From Fimbriosthenelais zetlandica (lineage: Eukaryota): a stretch of DNA of 64,000 bases. Shown here in pieces: positions 52,323 to 63,830 of this stretch. Positions within the stretch are counted from its first letter, which is position 1. Each line of letters opens with the position of its first letter. A program made the position numbers and the translations under genes. The notes beneath the pieces were generated by a model. It worked only from the letters and a program-made list of their open reading frames with translations. It searched no databases and was not told the DNA's origin. The DNA lies in NCBI GenBank assembly GCA_977030845.1, contig OZ365116.1, positions 12,958,001 to 13,022,000 on the forward strand, given 5' to 3'.

Positions 52323-54309
52323 GATATGCTAAAGGATATATCTATAGGGCCTATATATGGTATGAAATAATGAAAAAAGCAAACGCAAGGCGACACTTTA
52401 TTATGGAACCTAAAAATCATTTTATTATATTTCTTTAATAAATATGATGACCAGGTCAATTCAACATTACAAGATTTTATTGAAAGGAGGAAACATTTCT
52501 TGTGGCTCTTCTCCATGTGCACCACTGAAGGTGTGACAGAGTCGAGGCCCACCAAGTTTTTCTATTTTCAATAACACCAACTCCCCTTCATCCATCACCA
52601 TTATTCTACGTGTGTCTATAAGATCTGAAAGCTTTTTCTTTGCGCCACAACATTCAGAAAAACTCCCATGTACTGCATATACCAGTTCTTCAACTCAGAT
52701 GAATTTTACTTTACATATTTTAGAGCATATATGACCATTGACTGACAATGATATTGTGATTAATTGGAATTGCCGCCAATAGACATGATTAGGGTATATA
52801 TTCATCAGAGGGCACCACTGGTGGTATGAGTGACGTCATTGATCCCAAAATCAACAAATATTTCCTTGAAATAACTACCTAGATATTCTATATTTTTTCA
52901 TCAAATGCATAAATTTCAGAGTAAATAATTCATTTTTTTGTGTTTATAAAACACTACATGATACTAGTTTTTTCTCTTTAATGAAATATAAAATAATTAG
53001 ATTAAAACTGTGCTGATATAGGTGTAACCCAGGCACCAGTCTATAATGTTCCCACTCACTCTCACCTGGTCCCCTGCTCTCCTCAAAAACATCTCCGCAT
53101 TCCAGACTGAGGCTCAAATTTCACCTCAATCTTTCGTTCGGCGATTAATCCCCGCGGATTGTGAGGGTAAACTATTTCAGGTAAAGCTTTGGTCGGGTCA
53201 GATTTAGCGAGGAATAAATAGGCCCGTCTCTGATCTCAGGCCGAATCATATGCCCCACCGACTAAGAAATGGTTATTGTGCTTTTAAACCATAAGATAAT
53301 ATTGGTTTTATGCAAACTTCTAGATTAATAAACTCTTGATATTGGCATGCACGACCTGCGCAGGAGGTACACTATACTTTTCTTGCAGCTTGCCTTGCTT
53401 TTCTTAAATTGAAATATTCATAATAAGGCATCGTATTGCCAATTAAAATGAACATCATTTGCCATTTTGACTTTGATACATTTAATGGATTGGATGGGAG
53501 TTGTCAAGTGTTCAATCTTGGTGTAAAGATATATACATGTATTTTTTGAGGTACATGTATCACTATTTCTGTTCGGATGCAAGCCCAGTCACACATTGGC
53601 GCATCTTAGTCCCTATATAGGATCTTTATTCTATACTCATTGCTATAGGACCTAATGGCCCTAGAATGCTTCTCTATGATTATTGGTATTAAATGTCTTA
53701 AATGAATTATTACGAATCCACCCTCATACATTTTACCGCTCCTTGCTTTATATTTTTCTTCATTACATGCATGAACAAGCAAAGGTACATATTTCAGATT
53801 CCATGTTGAAACCTGATACTTCTACAATCAATAAAGATGAGAATTTATGCTAAATCAGAGGGACAATCAACTTCCTTTGAGGTCCAAATCAATATAGCTT
53901 GAATGGCCTTTTTGTTCGATAGAATATGCTGATGAAAATGATTAGTATATATACATATTTACTATTGATGTGATTATGAATGTGTCAATTATACCTATGA
54001 TTTAATAACAGGGCTGAGTTGTGCTTTGTGCCGGGGTATCAAATGTTGTAGAGTGTCATATTAATTAAGTTGTCAGGCCACAAATTGTACCTCTTTATAT
54101 AAGTGGAGGGGTCTCAGTTATGATTATGCCTGACATAAATCCATGTCACCCTTGGTTGGCCTCACAAAACTCGCACCGGGGGTAATGACAGTGTGTTAAA
54201 GTCTGTTAAATCTTCATGAAATGTATAATGCAAAAGGAATCGGTCTATAATCATTCCTGGTGGCTCATCTTTTCTCGTTTTTTTCATCAGCTTTTATTCC
54301 CCTTTCTCC

Positions 54310-54570
54310 TCCCACTTTCCTTTCATCTTTCTCCCTCCATCTTTCCTTTCCATGTTCCTCCCTCCATGATCTTTCCTTTCTATCTTCCTCCCTCCATCTT
54401 TCCTTTCTATCTTCCTCCCTCCATCCTTCCTTTCCATCTTCCTCCCTCCATGATCTTTCCTTTCTATCTTCCTCCGTCCATCTTTCCTTTCTATCTTCCT
54501 CCCTCCATCTTTCCTTTCTATCTTCCTCCCTCCATCTTTCCTTTCTGTCATCCATCCTTTCTTCCATTCC
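54310..54570 (+). repeat. Polypyrimidine minisatellite (27-30 bp unit CCTCCCTCCATCTTTCCTTTCTATCTT)
   Basis: About 8 units. It explains the four overlapping ORFs 54216-54748. Confidence 0.92.
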
Positions 54571-54647
54571 TCCCTCTTGTCTTTCTCTTCTCTGCATGTT
54601 TTCTTTCTCATCGATGTCCTTGCCATTCCATCCACCTTTCCCTCTAA

Positions 54648-54852
54648 TGCCGGGCCCACACAGAGGCGATTTCCCCAAGCGATGCAGAGCGATATTATAT
54701 ATTTCTAGTCACACCCAATGCTTGTTATTCCATCAGTGGTTAGTTTAAATAGGTTTAAAGTACTGTTAACATTTCAAGCATTGGTTGTGACTAGAAATAT
54801 ACTATCGCTCTGCATCTCGTGGGGGGCAAATCGCCTCTGTGTGTGCCTGGTA
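54648..54852 (+). mobile_element. MITE family B, copy 6
   Basis: TAA|TGCCGGGCCCACACAGAGGCGATTT ... AAATCGCCTCTGTGTGTGCCTGGTA|TAA. Confidence 0.92.
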
Positions 54853-56107
54853 TAACTGTTCTAACTCTGTGAATATGAATGTTTCTAATATATCTGTATG
54901 TAATTTAGTTAGTTAGTAGCACCCACAGGGCTGACAGTGGTAGAGTGACAGCCACTGTCAGTCTCACCCCAGGCGCTATCATCTATACTCCTCTCATATG
55001 TTTGTTTTAAGGTGTCGTTTAACTGTCGCAAACTCTCAAAGTCATTCTATAAAAACCACCCTCTTCGCATGTGTTTGCTTCACGCATGACCTCACATCCC
55101 TAAGACAAGAAATATGTAGACAGTATATGATTCTAAATGGTAGCATCTATCACATTCCATCATCCACAGATTCATAACTGTACCTCGTGTAGTTTAGGTG
55201 AAACTTAAATCTAATTTACTGCTATCATATTGATGTATTAGTATTTGCATTGTCATCTATATGCCCCGCGGATCATATGGTTATTTGAACCCTGATTACA
55301 AATCCATTGGGGTTCTACGATTCAAGTTATCTTTGACTTGTTCAAAATGGCAGCCGAAATGTGTACTTTCTCACTGTTTTGATCGATCAAAGTACTTGGT
55401 CGATCCGTGGGCCATCACTTCCCAATCAACTTCAGAGACGAAGATATCTTATATAATGACTTTTTCATTGAGATGGTGGTGGCATACTAGACAAATGACA
55501 CATATTATAATGCTTTGTTTCCATGTTTAGTCCCTAATTATTACCTTTTTATTCCCCAAACCTTTCTAATCTGTATACCTACCAGTGTCTTTTGCTGTGG
55601 ATACCTTTTTCAGTTTAGAGTGTAAGTTGGTATAGAGTAAGAGTCCCTGGCTTTACATCTACTGTTGCTTTGGCCACCAGTGCCTTATCACACACCTGAA
55701 CTGTCATCTTCTCCCAGGTAATTATTCTCATTCTCCCCTCATCATCCAGGGTCCTCTCCCTCCCCTCCCACCTCTGTCTCTGTCTCTCTCTCTCTCCCTC
55801 TCTCTCTACCCCAGCTGCAGCCATGGGCAAGATAAAGTATCTAGTCAGTCACATTCGAAAGAGCAAGTGAAATCCGATATATTTTAAATGTCCATTTAAT
55901 ACAGAATTTGGGAATGACTATTTATCTTTGAATGATATGAAGATATTGCTATGTGTGATTATGTAACATACTTTGAAGTACAACATTCGGATGACCTCTT
56001 AGGAAAAAACTTTCGTATATTACCTGTTGTTAAAGCTAAAGAAAAGAGATTACTTCATCCATATGGTCATGATGAAATCACGGTTCCATTAAAGGGAAAA
56101 GGGCAAA

Positions 56108-56340
56108 ATGATAAAAACCAACCCTGCTACCTGGTGGGAAAAAGAAAAACAATTGACACCTGTGTTATGGGGAAGTGGGGAGCCCTTATACCCGTGCAGG
56201 TGGGCCTCCTCCTCCTCAGACCGCTCTCATGTTGCCAATTCTAGTGGTAAGGAATTTCTCCACGAACTCATTCCCACCAACCTCTCCCACACGCAGGCGG
56301 GATTGAGAAGCGTTAATCTTGTGGAAGGAGTATGAATTGG
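56108..56340 (+). pseudogene. Possible degenerate hAT transposase C-terminal dimerisation-domain fragment
   Basis: Track ORF reads NPATWWEKEKQLTPVL...ASSSSDR, resembling the hATC pattern P..WW......P.L.......IPASS..SER. Confidence 0.3.
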
Positions 56341-57271
56341 TGGCATGGATTTTGGTCATGCCACTGGGACGGAGAGGGTAAACAGAGAGTATGGGTGAGT
56401 GAACATAATGTGGTAATGACATATTGTTACCTCACTCCCTGCTGAGACAGACGGCTTAAGCTCTGCCAGTTGCATGACACCTTTAGGAAGTTTGCTAGCA
56501 ATAGTGATATGCTCTTCATATGGTCCGTGAGCTACAGGAACCCATGGTAAATTAAATCTTAAAAAAAGGTGCGCAGATCGAGGCAGAAAAGGAAAAGGAG
56601 GGTAGAGGTGTATATATATAAAGAGGACCCAAATATCCTTCCACTTCTAAAAGGTAAATATTCTGCACTGATTCTGGCTGGGACTCAAAAGGATTTAAAG
56701 CAGAAAGAGTTGATTCCATTTTCCACAATCGAAATCTGGTTGATATCACATATGATGGGAATATGTCTAGCTTAACACAGACTCTTTCTGTCTATACCTT
56801 ACTTACTTTCAAATTCTCTGTCATAAATTTCCCAAACTGTTTAAGGGAACAGACAAACTGGTGTTACTATACACCTCTTGTTTAGGCCATTGTCCAATGT
56901 TGAGAGTTGGAAAACAGAGAGTTATAGCTGAGACGGGAAGAGTAATTCATGGTTAGTCAATGACCATGCTATACTAGCAACACAGCATGGCCTACAACAG
57001 ATGGTCAGAGCTTCCATCTACTCTCTCTTACATCTCTCCTTCATATTCAAAACCTTCTCTTGCATGCCAGTTCCTCCTTCTTCCTTGTCGTCCAAACTAT
57101 GAATACGCGTCAGTTCACCCAAAATACTCATTTATTTCAATGACCGAGCTATATACGCAACTATCATTTAAGATTCTTTATTGGTTATCTTTCGCTGATG
57201 TGTAAGAAAGAATAGAAAGTATTTTGTTTTTTTCCTGCATGGAACCATTGGCTTCCGCAAGTACTTGATTG

Positions 57272-57305
57272 TATCCATCATTGTATCCATCCTTGTATCC
57301 ATCCA
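57272..57305 (+). repeat. 12-bp tandem repeat (TTGTATCCATCM) x3
   Basis: Seen directly. Confidence 0.8.
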
Positions 57306-57869
57306 GGAATGTACTGCAGTAACCCAACAATTAGATACCACAGTTGGGGGCTGCACCAACTATGCTGCCTTGAGAAACAGATTGATACATATAGAAACAA
57401 GCTGAGACAATAAAGAGGAGAATGCTGCAGTGGCTTTAAAGACAAGGTTGTTAGGTACACTCAGATAATGCACTAAAGCCTCCAATACAGATGAGCCCTA
57501 TTATTACATTTTTCTCATTCATTGCTTTCATATAAAGATATTGCTTTGGAATTATCCCCATCAATATCTTATATAAAATTAATAATTCAACTGAAAACTA
57601 TGACATTATCTCTTGTATAGTTTCACCAGTTGAGCTTGTGTGATTTTTTTGATATCTAATATTTTCCTGTAACAAGCCAGCTTAAAGGCAACGGCCCATG
57701 AGATTGTAAAAACGCTATTCTCCTCACTTAAATTATGTGTTATATGTTACTCTTTGATCGTGTAAATTATTTCCCGAATCCCTTGTACCCCGCACCCGTG
57801 AGAGGCTCGTGAAAATAGATAGCATGACAATTAGGTCACCGTGACCTAGTTTTGGGGTCAAGAGGCCTG

Positions 57870-57877
57870 TGACGTCA
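57870..57877. promoter_or_regulatory. CRE palindrome TGACGTCA 88 bp upstream of the transposase ATG
   Basis: GTGACGTCAC within a CpG-rich leader. Confidence 0.45.
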
Positions 57878-57964
57878 CACGCACAACACCTGGCGCTCTG
57901 AGCAGCTCGCGCGGCTAGGTAGCTTGCATTTTTCTACTTGCAAAAACCCTTATTTCGTATTACA

Positions 57965-58327
57965 ATGGTGCGCTGTATTGTTTTTGGATGTTCCAATACA
58001 TCGGGAGAGAAGATAAGTTTACATGAGTGGCCCAAATCAAAGGATAACAAACGGTCAAGAGCTTGGATCAAGTTTGTTCAGCGGACGAGGGCCGACTGGA
58101 AGAAACCAGCGACCTCTGGACGCACTTTTATTTGTTCCGATCATTTCACAACGGATTCTTTTAGCAACTATATGAAATTCGCAAAGGGCTTTGACAAAAA
58201 ACTATTGCTCCGACATGATGCCATCCCCACTATCTATCCAGAAGGCACCTGCAGATTATTAAATGATGCATCCACATCGAGAGCACCAAGGGAGGCCTTC
58301 CTAAAACGGGAGATGAGCAGGGACAGG
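57965..58327 (+). CDS. Transposase exon 1: THAP zinc finger
   Basis: MVRCIVFGCSN...AWIKFV...ICSDHF...DAIPTIY; donor GTATGT at 58328. Confidence 0.92.
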
Positions 58328-61300
58328 GTATGTGAAGAGTTTCCTTATTATAACTAGATCTAAGTTATAAATTAAAGACAAAAGCTTTGGGTCTAAGCCT
58401 ATATAAGGTCATTTTTCCTTTCTACTTTTAAAATCCTAATAAAGTTCGATCTATTATTAATCAAATTCCCATAAATTAATGGAACTGGAAGTTTTGAACC
58501 ACAATTCTAGGCCTAAATTAGCCTAAAGTAATTTAACCGTTCGCCTGCTGACACTGAAAGTGTAACTAAGTGTCACTAGTGACAAGTAGACTTAGTGTCA
58601 GATGGGTAGGCCATGGGCGACACACACTGGGAATTCTCTTTACTAGATACTAGACCTAGTACTTAGCCTAGTTAAAATACTGCAGGCTTTTATTATCAAT
58701 TATTATAATTGATTATTCTGGGGAGCAGAGTCACTCAGGGTCTCTCGGGCTTAGAGTGAGCATGGACAGTGAAGTAGGCTCGGCCCTTGCCAAGTAGACC
58801 GGGACTGGAGTTACGAGACTGATAACCTCTGATAGGCCCCTATAATAATGGCAGTTTATAATAAGTTTCTACCAGCGGAAGAACAGAATATTTGATTTCT
58901 TTGGTAAAATTGTTACTTCAAGCCACTGTGTCACGCTTCCATGAACATGATTGACCATATGTTTGTTATGCGATCCTATGCACCATGTCTGAGTCAGTGA
59001 GGAACTCAGACATACTCATAGTCTAGATAGAGTAGGGTAGCCTAGCCCTAGATATGTGTGTGAGTGATAGCTTGATATTTCAATCATTGTCCGTATAGAT
59101 AGGTTTCAAGTATGAAATCTATAATGTAGGCATCCAAAGTCCAGTTGTATCTATCACTCACTGAATCTTACCTTAAAACGGAGCAATGATCCGACATTTC
59201 ACAATCAAACTTCCGCACCGAGTGTGGACAGCTGTATGCGGACGAGCCGTTCTCGAGGAATGAGGTCACATGCTGGAAAATCCCTACAGATTTCTTCAGA
59301 TTATAAGCAGAAATACAGCTTTCTTCTGGATCAAACCTGGATGCATTGACGTAGTATCCAAGTTGTTTTCACTTCTTATAGGCATGTCCAACTCTACTAG
59401 TAGTAGGCCTAATATCCTTGCTCTCTCTACTTCTATGCTCTGAGCACATGTCATGGCCAGATAGGGCTATGACAACACTGGAAGTGACGTAGTAGGCATA
59501 GGCATATAGGTGGCGCTAGCATCAGCCTTTCCCGCCCATAACCTGTTTCCTATGTAAAATACATTTTTAATTAAAACGGGTTAAAATAAAGAGGTATACC
59601 TACCGACCCACTAAAAAAGGTATAATTGTCTTTTTATAGTTGGAAAATGCTTCGAAGGCTGACACCGAGGAAGAAAGTGAGATGCCCAATCAAGATACTC
59701 AACCTTCAGCTTCAGATGAAGATCCAGAACCAAGAGCTATGATCATTGATCAACATCCAGCCACTTGTGACAAAGGTATCGTCACCAAGCCTGAGACCAG
59801 GTCCATTGGGACTATGACAGATCAGTCTCTTTTCCCAATACCCCATACACGGAAAGGTAGGCCTAAGCATAAGTTAATTTCATTGTGGATCTAGTAGGCC
59901 TAGGTGGTTGTTGTTGTGGGGCTTAATTGGGGGGCAGGGTGGGTGGGGGCTTTTAGGTCTAACCCCGAACCAAATATTGGCATTTCATTTAATCATTTAA
60001 ATATAAATGAAGCACGATTTGCAGGATTAAATTATTATTAAGCTATTATTAATACAATTCCTATTTTATTCTTTTTAGTGAAAACTCAAACAACGGCCGT
60101 AAACACGTCTGATAAGGCTGTTCAGGTAAAGAGGCGACCCTCAACCCCATGCCCTCCAAGAGCTTCCACTCCTGTTGAGTACTCCAGTAGTGAGGATGAT
60201 CTAGACACCACTGATAGCGATATGACATGGGAACCCTGTGATGTATCCGGGGATGATGATATGTCTGTGATTAGGTAAGTAGGCCTAGTATGTACACAGA
60301 ATAATATCTAGGTAATATCTTTTGCGGATTGGTGTTTGTGGGGGTGGAGGGGGAGGAGGAAAACTAAAAACCCTACATATATTTGCAAGTATTGTGAAAA
60401 TGTATTTTCTCATATTACAGTGACGAAGGGCAATGGGATGAACCAAAATACATAGTCTTTAAATCAAAGCTATGGGAACTCTTTCTACGGTGCCCAATAT
60501 GTAACATGTGTTGCGAAATACAACACTACTGTAAGGGCACAATGCTCCACGTCACCCAAAGCTGTACCGACTGCAAGTACACCAGGAGATGGGATAGCCA
60601 ACCATCTGTCAAAGATATCCCATTGGGCAACCTCCTGGTGTCTGCCTCTCTCACCTTCAGTGGCTTATCCCCCACGAAATCCATCCGTTTCATGGAGTCA
60701 ATGGGACTCGCTACCATCTCGCTAACCACATACAAGTCACACACCAGCCTCTATGTGCAGCCAACTGTATGGGATTTGTGGAAGGAGGAGCAGGAATCTA
60801 TGGTGAGGAGCCTGCAGGAGCTGCAAGGTCCACTGCAATGTGCTGGGGACGGTAGGGCTGATAGCCCAGGGCACTGCGCCAAGTATGGCACGTACACGTT
60901 CGTGGAGACCCGCATTAATAAAGTTCTAGATATTGAACTTGTCCAGGTAATAATAATATGCTTAACAGCTAACTAGTGTAAAGCATAAATTAGACTTTCG
61001 CGTATATTTTTTAATACATATAGGGCCTAGACATAAGGAAAAAATGTTAGGCCTATAATGTTATTTAAATACATTTTTCAGTGTGGTCGGATTTAAATTT
61101 CAATTTTCCGACGTCCATGTTATAGAAATGATAATAAATGTTTGAAATGTATGCTTGTCACCACAGAGCAACGAAGTTGGGAACAGTGCGCGAATGGAAA
61201 AGGAGGGTCTGGAGAGGTGTCTCTCCTACATTGATGATAGCGGATTAGAGCTTGGGACGCTGGTGACAGATCGTCATCCTTCCATCCAGAAAATGATGAG

Positions 61301-63264
61301 AGAAGAGCATGGGAATGTTAAACATCACTACGACATCTGGCATGTGGCTAAAGGTGAGAAAATTGTTCGATAAAGGGCTCGATAAATAATGTCCGGGACA
61401 TTTTCCTGCTGGACTACCAAGTCTAACCAACATAATCAATTGTTCAATAATAGTTAATAGCTCCATCCGACTACTACAATTCGCTAAAATATTTCGAGCC
61501 ATGAGCCTACTTCTTTAATATATAGAACGATCATTTTGAAATGTTTTGTTTTCATTTAAAGGTTTCTCCAAGAAAGCTGAGGCTTTGGCCAAACAACGAG
61601 AGTGCGAAGACATAAGGCCATGGATAAAAAGCTGCTCTAACCACATGTACTGGTGTGCCGCCTCTACCCCAGATGGAGATCAAGATGTCATAGAGGAAAA
61701 GTGGTTATCTATGGCAGACCATATCCAGGACATCCATCACAGATGTGCCCATGAACCCCTAGATGATGAGGCCAGGAGGAGAAAGAAGTGGCTCAAACCA
61801 AGTAAGAATTAGCTTGTCCACCATAGTACTCGCCCACATTTACAATATATAATACGAATCTAATCTTAATCTCCAGTCATTAATTAATTTGTTGAATTTT
61901 TTTTGCATAGATCCACTCTCATAAATGCTACATATTTTTGAACTTCACATATGTACTTCACATGTTCCCCTGTGGCTGGTCAATCATGACATTGTACATC
62001 CATAGGCAAAAGCATTCTTATACAACACCCTGGTCATTTGTAAAAAGAAAAAAAAATTATACCTTTTCGTCTTCAGACACCAAGGCCTACGAGAAGTTTC
62101 TGGATCTTATCCAAAATACCAGACTGTGTAATGATGTCAGAAAGCTGTCACCGAATATTCAAACATCTTCAGTGGAAGCAGTCCACAGTTTGATGCTCCA
62201 TTGGACACCAAAGCACACGGCATTTGGATACAAAGGCATGCTTGTCAGGTAGAAAAAATATATTTATAATATAATATCATTCAATCACAAACATTATTGG
62301 TAACATTTACTGGCAGATGTTTACATATTGCTTCAACAAAGTAATTAAATTTTTCTGTAAATTTCTGATTTTTAGTCGTTTAAATTGATATTCACTCAGG
62401 CACTTCATCACTTGTCTCCACTTCAACGAGAACAGTGGCAAGGATTTCAAAATGGATGCCGAGGGAAACCAAGTGTTCCGAATCATCTTCCCCAAAGCCA
62501 AGAAGGGGGATTTCACATTACGTAAAGTAAAGTGTGAATCAACATACGGTAATTGGACATTTCTTTTATTGGTATTTACATGCTTATCATTTTTCCCACA
62601 CTGTACAAATGAATTTGCGAGAAAATATTATGTGAAAATGTTATTACTATGTACATCTTCTATAACATCACTATTGAACTATCGCGCATAAGGCCACTGT
62701 CAGGAATTAGAATTTTGTGAGGAAGTAAAACATGAAAGCCTAAATTAGAAATATTCGAAATTAAGTAACATAAACCTACGAGGACTTAAATCCTTAAAAT
62801 GATAGTCTAAACCACATCTCTAGAGATATCCAATATACTAAATCCCTACCCGGGAATTCCCTCGGGGAAAATACAGGTCTCGGCTGCCTGACAGGGATGG
62901 TTTGTGTTAGTGTCATAATTGTTTTTTTCAAATATACTGTACCGTACTAGATTTAGAGGGAAAAAGTCTATATTACAAATCAAACCTGGTAATATCTTGT
63001 ACAATCACAATAAAGGAAATGAATTAGAAACTTCTCGCCAGTGTATATTGCCTAAAAACTATCAATTAAATTATTTTTCTCTTTTCAGATTATGTCCAAA
63101 AACTCCTCGGTAGACTGATACAGCTAGTAGTACCAGAACCATCACTCTACCAAAACAGCTGGGAGAGTTCTGTGACTGAGCCCCCATTCCTAGCTTCTAG
63201 TTGTGAACGTCCCAACAAATCCAGCGCAGTAGAAAGGTTTCAGAATGTGACACGCTACCAGTAA
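57965..63264 (+). CDS. Kolobok transposase (THAP domain + DDE core), 9 exons, 741 aa
   Basis: Exons 57965-58327, 59640-59856, 60079-60274, 60421-60946, 61167-61353, 61562-61801, 62077-62248, 62400-62548 and 63089-63264 all have GT-AG introns. Phases 0,1,2,0,1,1,2,1 are consistent, the total is 2226 nt, and there is no internal stop. THAP: C-x4-C, W, CSDHF, AIPTI. Core: GDGRADSPGH, LVTDRH, YDIWH, QTSSVE, LHFNEN. Confidence 0.92.
59640..59856 (+). CDS. Transposase exon 2 (acidic linker)
   Basis: Acceptor TTTTATAG, LENASKADTEEESE..., donor GTAGGC; phases fit the neighbouring exons. Confidence 0.8.
60079..60274 (+). CDS. Transposase exon 3 (linker)
   Basis: Acceptor CTTTTTAG, (V)KTQTT...DDDMSVI, donor GTAAGT. 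Confidence 0.85.
60421..60946 (+). CDS. Transposase exon 4 (CxxC..CxxC region, first catalytic D in GDGRADSPGH)
   Basis: Acceptor TTACAG, DEGQWDEPKYIVF...RCPIC...CTDC...GDGRADSPGHCAKYGTYT...LVQ, donor GTAATA. Confidence 0.93.
61167..61353 (+). CDS. Transposase exon 5 (LVTDRH, YDIWH)
   Basis: SNEVGNSARMEKEGL...HVAK, donor GTGAGA. Confidence 0.92.
61562..61801 (+). CDS. Transposase exon 6
   Basis: FSKKAEAL...NHMYWC...HIQDIHHRCAH...WLKP, donor GTAAGA. Confidence 0.9.
62077..62248 (+). CDS. Transposase exon 7 (putative catalytic E in QTSSVE)
   Basis: Acceptor CTTCAG, TKAYEKF...LSPNIQTSSVEAVHS...PKHTAF, donor GTAGAA. Confidence 0.9.
62400..62548 (+). CDS. Transposase exon 8
   Basis: Acceptor ACTCAG, HFITCLHFNEN...FPKAKKG...STY, donor GTAATT. 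Confidence 0.88.
63089..63264 (+). CDS. Transposase exon 9 (terminal)
   Basis: Acceptor CTTTTCAG, YVQKLL...PPFLASSCERPNK...TRYQ* (TAA at 63262-64). Confidence 0.85.
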
Positions 63265-63315
63265 TATGTAAAGTACATGTATCCCCGTGTTCCCCTCTAT
63301 GTGAAACGTTCCTAA

Positions 63316-63743
63316 TGCCAGACTTTTTTTATTGTTTGGTTCGCGGACCCGCAGAATTTTTTTTTGAAAAATAGAAATTTTTTTTTTTATTTTTTCTACC
63401 ATTAGCGGATCTGCCGGCGCTTGATCCAGGCAAAAAAAAATATTTTTTTTTAGATTCCGACCTCCCAAGTTTAAAAATGTTTATAAATATCAACTTTAAA
63501 AATGTTTATAAATATCATGGACCTATACATCAATGGCTTTTAGCAGTTTATATATATACTTTTAATGAAGATTTAAAAAAATTATTATAAATTTATATTT
63601 TTAATTAAAAAAATTCTCTTTTTTCTCCGCCGACATTATTTTTTGAAAGATGACTATTGTGACTCAGAATTTTTTTTCCGCCCGCCGACGAAAATTTTAG
63701 AACCATTTTTGTCTGAGAACCAAACAATCAAAAAAGTCTGGCC
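63316..63743. mobile_element. Harbinger-like MITE (428 bp) nested in the Kolobok element
   Basis: TAA|TGCCAGACTTTTTTTATTGTTTGGTTC ... GAACCAAACAATCAAAAAAGTCTGGCC|TAA, a 27-bp TIR with 2 mismatches and a TAA TSD. Confidence 0.85.
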
Positions 63744-63830
63744 TAACCAAAGAATTACTTGCCTGGAAAATAACTTTTGTCACTAAAATGTCCACCCTGT
63801 TAATATTAGAAGACTGTATTTTTATAACAA

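Noticed and set aside
54216-54748. Four long overlapping ORFs (121-162 aa)
   Set aside because: Artefacts of the stop-free CT-rich minisatellite. The same applies to ORFs at 5250-5438, 9199-9416, 10561-10779, 34418-34709 and 48918-49247.
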